Of a stretch of 64,000 nt of DNA, positions 32,305-42,695 are shown piece by piece. Numbering within the stretch: the stretch's first letter is position 1; each line of letters starts with the position of its first letter. The notes under the pieces were generated by a model. The model ran no database searches. It worked only from the letters and a program-made list of their open reading frames with translations, and had not been told where the DNA came from. The position numbers were made by a program, and so were the translations under genes. Source of the DNA: Snowella sp. GTDB lineage: Bacteria > Cyanobacteriota > Cyanobacteriia > Cyanobacteriales > Microcystaceae. The stretch is taken from contig JAYKGY010000135.1 in assembly GCA_035285545.1 (NCBI GenBank), positions 1-64,000 on the forward strand, written 5' to 3'.

Positions 32305-33594
32305 TTAAACGCGACCCCGTAACATCATGGCTAATTCGTTGGGAACAGCGGACATTTCTAGGGCAGTTTCTTCGGTAATTCGGCCTTCTTGATAGAGGTT
32401 AAAGAGGGATTGATTAGAGGTAATCATGCCATCGTATTCACCGTCTTTCATCAATTCGGCAATTTCATCATATTTACCCTGGTGAATATAATCTTTAACG
32501 GTTTCGGTGTTAATTAAAATGTCATGGAAGGCGGCCCGTTTTCCGTCGGTGGTTCGGCAAAGACCTTGAGCAATGACGCAGACCAAGGATTCCGCGATCG
32601 CCGTTCGCATTGCCGGTTGTTCATCCGCACTATAGAGAGTCAAAATCCGCTCTAGGGTTTTAATCGCACTGTTAGTATGGAGGGTTCCCATCACCAAGTG
32701 ACCCGTTTGGGCTGCTTTCAGAGCCGTGTTGACCGTTCCTCTGTCCCGCATTTCCCCCACCAGAATGATATCGGGGTCTTCCCGTAGGGCGGCTTTCAGG
32801 GCATTATCAAATTCTAGGGTGTGCATCCCCACTTCCCGTTGTTTAATGAGCGATCGGCGGCTTTGGTGTACGAATTCAATGGGATCTTCGATGGTGATGA
32901 TGTGTTTGGCGTGTTCTTTGTTGATGTAGTCCACCATGGCAGCCATTGTGGTTGATTTCCCTGAACCCGTTGGCCCTGTTACCAGAATTAAGCCTTTATG
33001 AGAATCAGAAACGTTTCTAAAGACTTCGGGGAGGCGCAATTGCTCCATTGTCAGAATTTTGAGGGGAATTAACCGCAAAACCATCGCGGGCCCGCGCAAA
33101 CTGTCAAATACGTTGATCCGTACCCTCGCAAATTCGTATTGGGTTGCACCGTCGAATTCAAGATTGCGTTTAAAGCGTTGAATTTCTTCTTCGCTCATAA
33201 TTTCCCGTAACCAACTCATGAAGGTGTTGTTGTCGGTGTCAGGGAAGTTTAAAATCATCATTTCACCGCGATCGCGCATCCTCGGTGCTTCTCCGACCCC
33301 CAGGTGAACGTCAGAATAACCCTGTTCAAAAGCTAATTGGACTAATTCGGCTAAACTGGGCTGTCCTGGTGAGCGTCCTCGGTTTTGATTCGCATTAGTA
33401 CTCGGTGTGCCCGTACTGATGGGGGGAGGGGGCGGTGCGGCCGGTCGCGGCGGTGGCATCGTTGCAGGGGGCGGCATAAATTGGGTTGCCCCAACCACAC
33501 TTTCATTCGTTGGATCGTAATTGGCTCCTCCGGGAATGGGCGGAACAGGCAAGGGCGGTAAGGGAGGGGCAGAGGGACGAGGGGTTTGCGTCAT
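32305..33594 (-). CDS. pilT2: Type IV pilus retraction-type ATPase with Pro-rich N-terminus
   Basis: GPTGSGKST, TIEDPIE, ALREDPD, GEMRD, GHLVMGTLHT; the Pro-rich extension is typical of cyanobacterial PilT2. Confidence 0.92.
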   Translation of the reverse strand: MTQTPRPSAPPLPPLPVPPIPGGANYDPTNESVVGATQFMPPPATMPPPRPAAPPPPPISTGTPSTNANQNRGRSPGQPSLAELVQLAFEQGYSDVHLGVGEAPRMRDRGEMMILNFPDTDNNTFMSWLREIMSEEEIQRFKRNLEFDGATQYEFARVRINVFDSLRGPAMVLRLIPLKILTMEQLRLPEVFRNVSDSHKGLILVTGPTGSGKSTTMAAMVDYINKEHAKHIITIEDPIEFVHQSRRSLIKQREVGMHTLEFDNALKAALREDPDIILVGEMRDRGTVNTALKAAQTGHLVMGTLHTNSAIKTLERILTLYSADEQPAMRTAIAESLVCVIAQGLCRTTDGKRAAFHDILINTETVKDYIHQGKYDEIAELMKDGEYDGMITSNQSLFNLYQEGRITEETALEMSAVPNELAMMLRGRV

Positions 33595-34106
33595 CAGTGA
33601 TACACCTAATCAGGATTGCAAAATCTGAAATAATCGCGATTTTCCGCTTTCAGGCTCTAAGCATTAATTTACTTCTCTTCCGACAGTATGCCCGAAAGTT
33701 CAAATTAATTAACAGTTGCCCCCGCTTCAGCGATCGCAAACTTCAACATTGTGTAGATTCTGAGAAAGTCGTTCCATTTTGTAAAGAAATATTAACTGAT
33801 TGCTGAGTAAACTCAGGATTGCTTCCCCCAACCGGCCGCATCAACCTTGTGAGTTTCCCCAGGGAGCAAAGGATACCAATCTGGATTTGATAAAATCTTT
33901 ATCGTCATGAAGAATTTGTGGATTTTTGCCCGTCAAATAGTAGCCCTTTTGAGATGAGTTCCTTGCCATCAAAGTTTCCCTTGGAATGTAAATTTATTTT
34001 ACAAATTACTCATTTTCCTGAGAATCTCCCTATACTGAAAATCACACCCAAGGCGTAAGTCGAGGTGATGTTTGTTGTTGTTGCTGTTGTTGCTGGAGAG
34101 AAATCT

Positions 34107-34481
34107 ATGGAAGTATCATCAAGAGGGGCGATCGGTAATTTTTATTCCCTAACGATTATTAAAAGCTTTTTAATTTGGAGTTTTACCCTAACCGTTTGTT
34201 TTTTGGTCGTGGGTTTTCCCCTTGTTGTTTTAATGGCGACGATTGGGGTATTAGCAACGGTTATTTTACAATCTGTCCTCCCCATGAGTGCGGTTTTGGT
34301 GGTCATTGGGAGTTTAATTAGTCTTAATTTAATTGCAGTTTTTGTTGGGGCCAGTATTTTAACCCTCAAAGGCATTCATCCCCATGAAGTGCGTTGGCTC
34401 AGTTGGCTACAAAGTAAGGCCGCTGTTACGCATTCTTCGGTTTATGCTGCTTGTCCTTTAACCTGTGGATTGGCTCAATAA
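34107..34481 (+). CDS. Conserved cyanobacterial membrane hypothetical protein
   Basis: Hydrophobic helices, C-terminal YAACPLTC; GGAG RBS before ATG 34107. Confidence 0.7.
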   Translation: MEVSSRGAIGNFYSLTIIKSFLIWSFTLTVCFLVVGFPLVVLMATIGVLATVILQSVLPMSAVLVVIGSLISLNLIAVFVGASILTLKGIHPHEVRWLSWLQSKAAVTHSSVYAACPLTCGLAQ

Positions 34482-34550
34482 TTGTTGAAAACCTTTAGAA
34501 GCGGTGTTTATTGTTGATGCAATTAACGCGGTTTAGAGTGATAAAGATAG

Positions 34551-34573
34551 CCTGGCAAACGCCAGGTTTATTT
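34551..34573 (+). terminator. Rho-independent terminator
   Basis: CCTGGC-aaac-GCCAGG followed by TTTATTT, between convergent genes. Confidence 0.6.
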
Positions 34574-34601
34574 ATGGCTATTTTTTAATGAATCTGACAA
34601 A

Positions 34602-36023
34602 TTAACGAGTTTTAACGGTCAGAATCTGGGGAGGCGTGGAATCGGGGGGATAGATTAATTCAACCTGAACAGTACGGCGATCGCCTGGGCGCATATTTAA
34701 CGTAATTAAGGGATCGCCCTGTTGGCCGCGACGTTGAACCAGATGAAAATAACGAGTTTGCTGTATCCCATTATCATCAGGATAGCTCATTTTTACCGTC
34801 CCTCGGAAAAAGACATTTCTCGCCGGAGGCACCAGAAACTTGAGTTGTCCATCGGTGATTTGATCCTGTTTTAAGGGGGTTTCAATGGCTAAGCTGACTT
34901 GCTGAAATTGGGAGGTGGGATTGTAGAGCGGTAAACTAAGCGTGTATTGCATTCCATAATTGCCGTGGGATTCATAGGCCGTATCGGGATAACGTACCGC
35001 CATTTTGGCCGCTTGGCTCTGATTCGTTCCCATTCTTCCCCCTTCTAAGGTACTAATGGGATAGGAAAAGGCTTGACCGGCTGAGGGAATTGTTAGATTA
35101 GCCCCATTGGGATTATCCGTAATATTCGCTTGCCACTGAGAACCAATAGAAACCCCAGCGACTCGGCTATAAATCCGACGTTGGGTATTGCGAGGAATGC
35201 GATCGCGGGGAGTCATTAAGTTTGCCGTTTTTAATAAATTTGTCCAATCTTCGAGACTCGGCGGAACATTTACGCCCATTGCATCCTGTCTAGAATACAT
35301 CGCCATACTGGCCCCATAGACTTCGCCATTACTATTTAATCGAAAATAGGCGGAAATCCCATTACGAGTTAGGTTGGTGGAATTAACGGGAATGGGGGCA
35401 TTGAGTAACATCCGGCTTTCCCCTGGTTGTAAAACGATTTGGGGCGGAATTGTGGGTTGGCGTTGACCCCGCAAAATATCGACCATACTGCGACTGCCTG
35501 GCCCGGCAAAAACGGTGCCATTGGGATCTTCTACCTGGGCGGGTAAATCTAAAAACGGAGCTTCCGAGGTAATATAGCTTGCTCCCTGTAAAACATCGAT
35601 AGTAACTGGCTTTCTGCTGCCGTTAAACAATAAAATCCCCAGGTGTAGATTTCGTCCCTGACGTTGAGGCGTATCTTGAATCACATGATGGGCAAAGACA
35701 TCAAAACGGCCTTTAAAGGGAAAATTCAAATGGGCGTAAGGACTCCCCATCCCAATAGACGGTAAGGTCGATAAAATAATGCCTTCGTTAAAAATTAATT
35801 CGGGATTATTACTATTAAAAACAGGAATATTATCTAATTTGCCAGGTAAGGGGCGAACAGGTTGGGCCACACTAATGGTCTGGGGTTGGGGGGGCTGTTC
35901 GGTGGTCGGAGCAGGGGCAATTTGAGGCGGAATCGTCCGTTGTGGCGTAAGGAGCGGATTCGGTGGACTCACCGGAATAGGAATCGCCTGGGCAACAAGA
36001 ATGGGGAAAACAAAAGGTAACAT
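34602..36023 (-). CDS. DUF3370-family exported protein
   Basis: RPLPGKLD.IPVFNSNNPE, YSRVAGV, HGNYG, YPPDSTPPQ. Confidence 0.85.
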   Translation of the reverse strand: MLPFVFPILVAQAIPIPVSPPNPLLTPQRTIPPQIAPAPTTEQPPQPQTISVAQPVRPLPGKLDNIPVFNSNNPELIFNEGIILSTLPSIGMGSPYAHLNFPFKGRFDVFAHHVIQDTPQRQGRNLHLGILLFNGSRKPVTIDVLQGASYITSEAPFLDLPAQVEDPNGTVFAGPGSRSMVDILRGQRQPTIPPQIVLQPGESRMLLNAPIPVNSTNLTRNGISAYFRLNSNGEVYGASMAMYSRQDAMGVNVPPSLEDWTNLLKTANLMTPRDRIPRNTQRRIYSRVAGVSIGSQWQANITDNPNGANLTIPSAGQAFSYPISTLEGGRMGTNQSQAAKMAVRYPDTAYESHGNYGMQYTLSLPLYNPTSQFQQVSLAIETPLKQDQITDGQLKFLVPPARNVFFRGTVKMSYPDDNGIQQTRYFHLVQRRGQQGDPLITLNMRPGDRRTVQVELIYPPDSTPPQILTVKTR

Positions 36024-36191
36024 GATGGCTAATAGGGTGAAGCGGTCACATTAAAACCGCGATCGCTGATCCAAAAAAGAACTAGGACACTATGCCTAAA
36101 GACTGAGGATAGCCCTAAATGTTTCATCTTTGTAATCTTTTGATAAATTTCGTAATAATTTTCTCGATCAGCGATTAACGTAAATTCCAGC

Positions 36192-36443
36192 CTATTCAAA
36201 GTGTTCCGCCACGACTAAGCCTTGTTTCACCTTTTCGGTTACGAGTTGACGATAGAGTTGCAATTCTTGATACAGTAGCTCTGAACTGGGCTTATTGGCT
36301 AAGACAGCCGCTTTAATATTTTGAGCTTCAGAACTGGATAAAACCCCATCCGCGATCGCTTTTTCGATCAGGGCTTTTAAACGAGTTAATTCTTGCTGTT
36401 CCTCGGCGGTCAATTCTAAGGCATTCGGATGTTCGATTTTCAT
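36192..36443 (-). CDS. Small conserved cyanobacterial hypothetical protein
   Basis: Start ATG 36443 with AGGAG RBS; IEKAIADGVLS motif. Confidence 0.65.
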   Translation of the reverse strand: MKIEHPNALELTAEEQQELTRLKALIEKAIADGVLSSSEAQNIKAAVLANKPSSELLYQELQLYRQLVTEKVKQGLVVAEHFE

Positions 36444-36745
36444 ACTATTCTCCTTACAATGTAGGGTTAAGTTTTTTGAAATTATACGCTCAAGCTGGGC
36501 TGGACAGGGTGATTTTTTATACTTTCCTAAGGTCGAGAGCAATTAACCTCAAACGGCTCGGTGTTGCTTTCTGTCTCCTTTAACCTCATCACTTTGGCCA
36601 GATCAATAGGTGCGATCACCTAATCCATAGGGCCAGCTTATTGTCAATATACTGTAACTAAACTTTACATATTCCTTCAGATTGTTTATGATCACATTAG
36701 GAATAAGTTCTTCGTGACAACTCAACTCGCCCTCGGAGAAAAGCA

Positions 36746-36970
36746 ATGATGTTACAGGAAACCACTTGGCCAAGCTCTCCTAGTGAGACCGAACAGCGGA
36801 AAATGGGCTTAGTTGCCTTCCTCTTTTTTATGATGGGGGCTTTACATATCTATGTTCAACTCCAGAAGCAAAAAGATTGGCTCTGCTCAGAAGGCTTCCG
36901 TTTTCTGAAAATTGGTCTAGCAGCGGCTACCTTTGCCGGCGTTTTAGAATTTTTCGTTCTCTCCACTTAA
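36746..36970 (+). CDS. Small two-TM hypothetical protein
   Basis: GGAG RBS, two hydrophobic segments, upstream of the riboflavin synthase gene. Confidence 0.5.
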   Translation: MMLQETTWPSSPSETEQRKMGLVAFLFFMMGALHIYVQLQKQKDWLCSEGFRFLKIGLAAATFAGVLEFFVLST

Positions 36971-37034
36971 GGATTAACGATTCCGTTAGGGGTGATGCTA
37001 TGCTCAACACATACACTTTCATCCCCCACGGACT

Positions 37035-37721
37035 GTGTTTACTGGAATTATTCAAGGACTAGGACAACTTAACTCCCTTTCTCGCGATCGCGTTTGGGTA
37101 CATCTGCTCCCCAGGACGGCACAGCAAATTATGCCGGATATTGCATTGGGAGATAGTATTGCCGTTGATGGCGTATGTCTAACGGCTGAAAAGCTCACCG
37201 ATGATGGATTTATTGCCACTGTCTCTCCCGAAACCCTAAGTCGTACAACCCTGGGGAAAGCGAGCCAAACCGCAGCCTACGTCAATATTGAAGGATCGCT
37301 ACGAGTCGGTGGGAAAATTGGCGGTCATTTCGTATCCGGTCATGTGGACGGCGTGGGCTGTTTAATCCAATCCATTGCCACAGAAAATGCCTGGGAATTA
37401 ACCTTTGGTGCCCCCAGCGAATTGACCCCACAATGGCAACGTTACCTAGCCCGCTATTTAGTTTCTAAAGGGAGCATTGCCGTGAATGGCATTAGTTTAA
37501 CCATTGCCGATTGCGATCCCCAGGGCAGTTGGTTCAAAGTGGCGGTTATTCCGGTTACCTATGCAGAAACGAATTTAGCCTATTTACAAACCGGGGATTG
37601 GGTCAACTTGGAAGGAGATATATTGGGGAAATACGTTGAAAAATTACTGGGCTATCATCAATCATCAACGCAGCCAGCAGATATTAATTTAGCTTTCCTT
37701 AGTGAACATGGCTATAGCTAG
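37035..37721 (+). CDS. ribE: Riboflavin synthase (alpha chain)
   Basis: MFTGII, SIAVDGVCLT, GGHFVSGHVD, VNLEGD. Confidence 0.97.
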   Translation: MFTGIIQGLGQLNSLSRDRVWVHLLPRTAQQIMPDIALGDSIAVDGVCLTAEKLTDDGFIATVSPETLSRTTLGKASQTAAYVNIEGSLRVGGKIGGHFVSGHVDGVGCLIQSIATENAWELTFGAPSELTPQWQRYLARYLVSKGSIAVNGISLTIADCDPQGSWFKVAVIPVTYAETNLAYLQTGDWVNLEGDILGKYVEKLLGYHQSSTQPADINLAFLSEHGYS

Positions 37722-38841
37722 GATTTTCCTCAGAAACGGGAATTTCTACCATAAAGACTGAACCTTGGGGGGAATTGGGGCGAATATCGAGGGAGCCGCC
37801 CTGGGCTTCAACCGCCATTTTACAAAACGTTAACCCTAGACCAATCTGAGAAACATTCTGCCGTAATACACCCACTTCAAACTTCTTAAAAATTTGCTGT
37901 TGGGCTTCTGGGCTAATCCCGGGCCCCTCATCGGCAACTTTGATTTGAAGGCGATCCTGGGGAAGATAATCTAAGCCGAGGGTAACCTGACTGGCCGCAG
38001 GCGAGAACTTTAAGGCATTGGCAACTAAATTATCGATAATCCGCCGTAAAATAGTGGTGTCAATAAAAATTAGATTGCCGGGTTCGGGAAACTCGGTTTT
38101 TAATTGAATATTGGACGCAGCCGCAATTAATTGAAAATCCGTAATGATCGATGAGCCGAATTCATGGAGATCGGTCGGGACGGGATCAAACAGGAATTTT
38201 CCCGCTTCTAATTTCGCCATTAACAACAAATTATCAATCATGCGCTGTAACCGTTGCCCAGAATCCAGAATTTGATCAACTTTTTTTAAAATAATCGGTT
38301 GCTGATCGGGTCGATGGATGTAGCGTTGAACAATCCCTGCGGCTAACATAATTGTGGCAAGGGGATTTCGGAGATCGTGGACAAGCATATTCGACATATC
38401 TGCCCGCATCATTAAGGTTTCTTCCCGCAGTTTCAGTAAATTTTCTAATTCATCATGTTGGGCTTTAATTCTCAGGAGGGAACGAACTCTCGCCCGCAAT
38501 TCCACGAGATCGATGGGTTTACTGATAAAATCGTCGGCTCCTTGATCGAGGCAACGGGCTAAATCGGCTTTTGAGGTGAGGGCCGTCACCATAATAATGG
38601 GAATATGTTTGTATCTGGAATCGTTTTTAAGACGATAGCAAACTTCTAACCCGTCCATCCCCGGCATCATGACATCAAGTAAAATAGCGTCGGGGCTGAT
38701 ACTTTCCAATAATTCCAATGCCTTCAGACCATTAGACGCATAGTAAAGTTGATAATCTTCGCTGGTTAATGCCATTTCAATAACATCAAAATTATCCAGT
38801 TGGTCATCCACGACGAGAAGGGTTGCTTGCTCCAGAATCAT
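37699..38841 (-). CDS. Hybrid REC-histidine kinase
   Basis: REC (VVDD, LLDVMMPGMDG, KP), HisKA HDLRNPL, HATPase NALKF/DEGPG/GLGL. Start ATG 38841 overlaps the upstream stop (ATGA). Confidence 0.92.
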   Translation of the reverse strand: MILEQATLLVVDDQLDNFDVIEMALTSEDYQLYYASNGLKALELLESISPDAILLDVMMPGMDGLEVCYRLKNDSRYKHIPIIMVTALTSKADLARCLDQGADDFISKPIDLVELRARVRSLLRIKAQHDELENLLKLREETLMMRADMSNMLVHDLRNPLATIMLAAGIVQRYIHRPDQQPIILKKVDQILDSGQRLQRMIDNLLLMAKLEAGKFLFDPVPTDLHEFGSSIITDFQLIAAASNIQLKTEFPEPGNLIFIDTTILRRIIDNLVANALKFSPAASQVTLGLDYLPQDRLQIKVADEGPGISPEAQQQIFKKFEVGVLRQNVSQIGLGLTFCKMAVEAQGGSLDIRPNSPQGSVFMVEIPVSEENPSYSHVH

Positions 38842-41800
38842 TGGGATACCTCGCACCGACCACAAAATTTCTGAATGGTTTCGATCAACTGCTTGAAGCG
38901 GACGGGCTTATTTAAATAGTCGTTGGCTCCTGTGGCGAGATAGCGATCGCGGTGTTCAGCACAATTCAAAGCGGTTAATAAAACAATCGGGGTTTCCCCT
39001 AGATGGGGGTGAGAACGAATTTGTCGGGTGGCTTCTAACCCATCCATTTCCGGCATTTGAATATCCATAAAAATCAAATCGGGTTGATGTTGAACCGCTA
39101 GTTCTACCGCTTTTCTACCATTATGGGCCAATAATAGACGATAACCTTTTTGGCTTAAATAATCGTCCATACTTTTCCGATTTCCTTCATGATCATCTGC
39201 CACAAGAATTAATGGAGACACTTGCCCATCCGTTGGGGGAGTCCTCCAGGTGGTAACGGGCAAGAAAACAGGCGCAGCGGGATTTTCTGAAATATCGGGG
39301 GTAATATAGGGTAGACGAACGGTAAAACAACTCCCGTGATCCACCTCACTTTCGACTGAAACCCTTCCTCCATGCTGAGCCGTAATGCGTTGGACTAAGG
39401 TTAGACCTAGCCCGGTGCCCGCATACTGACGGTTTAGGCTGCTATCAATTTGGATAAACGGCTGAAAGAGCTTGTCGAGATCCTGGGGATGAATACCAAT
39501 TCCTGTATCAATGACCGAAAATAAAATTTCAGTATATTCTAAATGAACCGCTAGGGTAACGTTTCCCCCCGTTGGCGTAAATTTTACCGCATTACTGAGG
39601 AGATTAATTAAGACCTGACGCATCCGTCGTTCGTCTAGCCAAACTGGATCGAGGGGTTGAGTAATTTGGGTTTGCAAATGAATTTGCTTAGAAAAAGCCA
39701 AATGTTGGACAAACAGGATACTGCTTTCACACAGTTGACTCACAGAAACGAATTCGCATTGTAGCTCTAATTTACCCGCTTCAATTTTGGCGAGGTCTAA
39801 AATATCGTTGATTAACTCTAAAAGATGTCTGCCACTCCGTTCAATCAGGTTCAAGGCTTCCCATTGTCGGGGATTGATCTCTCCAAAGACTCCATCCTGT
39901 AAGCTTTCTGCCATTCCTAAAACGGAATTGAGTGGCGTTCGTAATTCATGGCTCATATTGGCCAAAAATTCATCTTTCAGGCGGGTTGCACGGGCTAATT
40001 GGGCATTGGTTTCTGTGAGTTCTGCTTCGTAGCGTTTCCGTTCCGTAATATCGGTTAAGGTTCCAATATAGCCAATAATAGTATTATTCGCAGTCCGTTC
40101 GGGTAAGGCTTGCCCATAATACCAACGAATCGTTCCATCGGGTCTTAAACACCTTGCTTCTGCTTGATAATACCCCAGTTGAGTAAATTGTTCGTTCCAT
40201 ACGCTTAAAACTCGTTCTCGATCATCGGGATGGAGGGTGTCGATCCAACCTTGACCGAAGGCGGCTTGGGTTTCTCGTCCGGTGATTCGGCTCCAATAAT
40301 CATTGACATAGATGCAATTTCCTTGCTGATCGATCCGAAAGATCCCAACGGGGGCGGCGGCGGCGGCGGCGAGGGTGGCAAATCGTTGTTCACTGTTGCG
40401 AAGATTCTCTTCCGCTATTTTTCGTTCGGTAATGTCCATCGCAAAGCCAAAAACACGGGTGACTTGACCAAATTCGTTCAAACTGGGCCGTCCTTTGGAA
40501 AGGATATAACCCGTTGATCTATCGGCTCGAATAATTTGAAAATCGACTTCAAAGGGATTCCCGTTTTCAATAGCTTGTTGAAAGAGTCTTGCTCGTAGCT
40601 CGCGATCGCGGGGATGGAAATATTGGGTGAGGTCGTGATAGCTTAACTCGTTGTCGTCAGGATTGAGTTTAAAGATTTCATAGAGTTCAGGCGACCAGGT
40701 AATCTTGCCAGAGAGAACATCGAGTTCCCAGCTTCCTAAACGGGCAAATTGTTGAGTTTCCCGTAAACGCTTTTCACTCTGTTGTAAGGCTGCGGTACGC
40801 CGATCTACCCGTTCTTCTAGGTCTTGATTTAAGCGATGCAAGGCGGCTAATGCTTGTTGGAGTTCCTGCTCTTTTTGTTTTAACGCCGTTAAATCCGTAT
40901 TGGTTCCAGAATTTCGCAAGGGCTGACCCTTTTCATCCCGTAGGGTAAATCCCCTAGATAACACGGGTATATAGTGGCCTTGTTTATGTTTCAGGCGATA
41001 TTCTAGCTCGGCCGCTTCTATGGCTTTATCGGCTAAGGTTTCATAAAAGACCGTATTCACGCGATCGCGATCTTCGGGATGAATCAACGATTGCCATACT
41101 TCTAACGAGGGATCGAATTCATCGGGTTCGTAACCGAGCATTTGCCACCAACGGGGGGATAAATAAAGCGCATTGGTGAGCAGATCCAAATCCCACCAAC
41201 CATCATTAGAGCCTTTGAGAACCAACGATAAACGTTCCTTAAGTTCTTGAACCTTGAGTCCCGTTTGTTTTTGCTCTGTTGTTTCGGCAATGGCTCCATA
41301 CCAAGCGATGGTTCCGTTGGCTCGTCGTTCAGGTTGACTAATGGCCCTCAACCATTTGAGCTTGCCAGAGGGGGTAATGATTCGCCATTCATAGTGAAAC
41401 GTTTCTAGGGTTGTGGCACTTTGAGCAGCAGCGGCCAGATAGCCCTCTACATCATCTGGATGAATTTGAGAAAAGGCAACTTGGGCGTTATTTAAGATGC
41501 TTTCAAGGCTCACTTCATGAACCATTTCGGCGGCGGAACTAATATGTTCAAAATAGGTTGAGCCATCTAAATTCAGGACGATGATATAAATAATGACGGG
41601 TGAGATCGCTGAAATTTGCTGAAAGGTTCTTTCGCTTTTTTGATGTTGAGTGAGTAGGGTTTGGAGTTCTGTCGTCCGTTCGGCAACCTTATCTTCTAGG
41701 GAACTATTGAGGGCTTGTAAATCTTGATAGAGTTCGGCCTGCTGGAGCGCGATCGCTAGCTGTACCGCCAGACGTTGCATCAAATAGCGTTCCGATTCCT

Positions 41801-42695
41801 GCCAATCGCGGGGCCCCGAACATTGGTGAACAATCAGTAATCCCCAGAGCGAAGGTGGTTGGGCTAAATGATTCGGCAAAAGAATGGGAACGACTAAATT
41901 GGCCCGCACCTGAAACTGTTCCAACAACTGCAAATAACACGGTGTTAAATTCGCCTCATAGATATCAGATACCGCAAAAGTTCGCCCTAGCTGGTAATTT
42001 CCCCCCCCGTTATTTTGAAAACAGGAGTCTTCAATCTGAGTATTTAAGCAAGAGTCCCAAGGCGGAAGTACGGATTCGGCAACGATTACCCCACTCCTAT
42101 CGGGATTAAATTTGTAAACCGCAACGCGATCGGCTTTGAGTAAACTGCGGACTTCCTGAACGATGGCTTGATAAATTTCTTCTAATTGAAAGAATTGGTG
42201 AATATACAGCGAAATCTGGGCAACTAAGGATTCCTGGGATTGTAACTGCTCTAATTGTCGAGTGAGGCATAGCTGATTAAAAGCATTACGAACGCTCCGA
42301 CCCAGGCTAGAGGGGTTAATATCTTCTTTCACTAAATAATCGCTTGCCCCTAGCTTCATCGACTGTACCGCAATGCGCTCATTTCCCTGCCCTGTCATCA
42401 TAATCACCGGAAGTTTGCCCGCTTGCTTGATGTCTCTAATTGCTTCTAGAAACGCTAACCCATCCCCATCGGGTAAATTCACATCCATCAGCACCAGATC
42501 AGGACGCTGCGATTGCCAATAGGATAAGGCTTCTTCTAAGGTCTCTGCTTCTATAATTTGATGAGTTTTTAACTCAAAATTCGACTGAAGATAACGGCGG
42601 TAAGTCAAGCGATCGCTTTCTGAATCATCCACAATTAAGATACTTTTCAGAGATGGCAAAGCAGGGGACATGCTCGGTAGCGCAAAATTAGACAT
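38838..42695 (-). CDS. Hybrid sensor kinase REC-GAF(cyanobacteriochrome, DXCF)-PAS/PAC x4-HisKA-HATPase-REC
   Basis: GAF has EDSCF and LTPCYLQLL; PAS IHPDD/IHPED/FHPRD/LHPDD; MSHELRTPL; terminal REC MDIQMP. Confidence 0.9.
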   Translation of the reverse strand: MSNFALPSMSPALPSLKSILIVDDSESDRLTYRRYLQSNFELKTHQIIEAETLEEALSYWQSQRPDLVLMDVNLPDGDGLAFLEAIRDIKQAGKLPVIMMTGQGNERIAVQSMKLGASDYLVKEDINPSSLGRSVRNAFNQLCLTRQLEQLQSQESLVAQISLYIHQFFQLEEIYQAIVQEVRSLLKADRVAVYKFNPDRSGVIVAESVLPPWDSCLNTQIEDSCFQNNGGGNYQLGRTFAVSDIYEANLTPCYLQLLEQFQVRANLVVPILLPNHLAQPPSLWGLLIVHQCSGPRDWQESERYLMQRLAVQLAIALQQAELYQDLQALNSSLEDKVAERTTELQTLLTQHQKSERTFQQISAISPVIIYIIVLNLDGSTYFEHISSAAEMVHEVSLESILNNAQVAFSQIHPDDVEGYLAAAAQSATTLETFHYEWRIITPSGKLKWLRAISQPERRANGTIAWYGAIAETTEQKQTGLKVQELKERLSLVLKGSNDGWWDLDLLTNALYLSPRWWQMLGYEPDEFDPSLEVWQSLIHPEDRDRVNTVFYETLADKAIEAAELEYRLKHKQGHYIPVLSRGFTLRDEKGQPLRNSGTNTDLTALKQKEQELQQALAALHRLNQDLEERVDRRTAALQQSEKRLRETQQFARLGSWELDVLSGKITWSPELYEIFKLNPDDNELSYHDLTQYFHPRDRELRARLFQQAIENGNPFEVDFQIIRADRSTGYILSKGRPSLNEFGQVTRVFGFAMDITERKIAEENLRNSEQRFATLAAAAAAPVGIFRIDQQGNCIYVNDYWSRITGRETQAAFGQGWIDTLHPDDRERVLSVWNEQFTQLGYYQAEARCLRPDGTIRWYYGQALPERTANNTIIGYIGTLTDITERKRYEAELTETNAQLARATRLKDEFLANMSHELRTPLNSVLGMAESLQDGVFGEINPRQWEALNLIERSGRHLLELINDILDLAKIEAGKLELQCEFVSVSQLCESSILFVQHLAFSKQIHLQTQITQPLDPVWLDERRMRQVLINLLSNAVKFTPTGGNVTLAVHLEYTEILFSVIDTGIGIHPQDLDKLFQPFIQIDSSLNRQYAGTGLGLTLVQRITAQHGGRVSVESEVDHGSCFTVRLPYITPDISENPAAPVFLPVTTWRTPPTDGQVSPLILVADDHEGNRKSMDDYLSQKGYRLLLAHNGRKAVELAVQHQPDLIFMDIQMPEMDGLEATRQIRSHPHLGETPIVLLTALNCAEHRDRYLATGANDYLNKPVRFKQLIETIQKFCGRCEVSQ

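Noticed and set aside
33987..34003. NtcA box (also 36653-36669)
   Set aside because: Spacing is GTA-N9-TAC, not N8.
37000..37062. Short frame MLNTYTFIPHGLCLL resembling the FIPHGHC motif of some sensor kinases
   Set aside because: Half of it is the ribE start read in another frame; most likely chance.
42001..42008. C8 homopolymer as a phase-variation switch in the CBCR kinase
   Set aside because: Short, in frame, and explained by Gly codons; no evidence of slippage.
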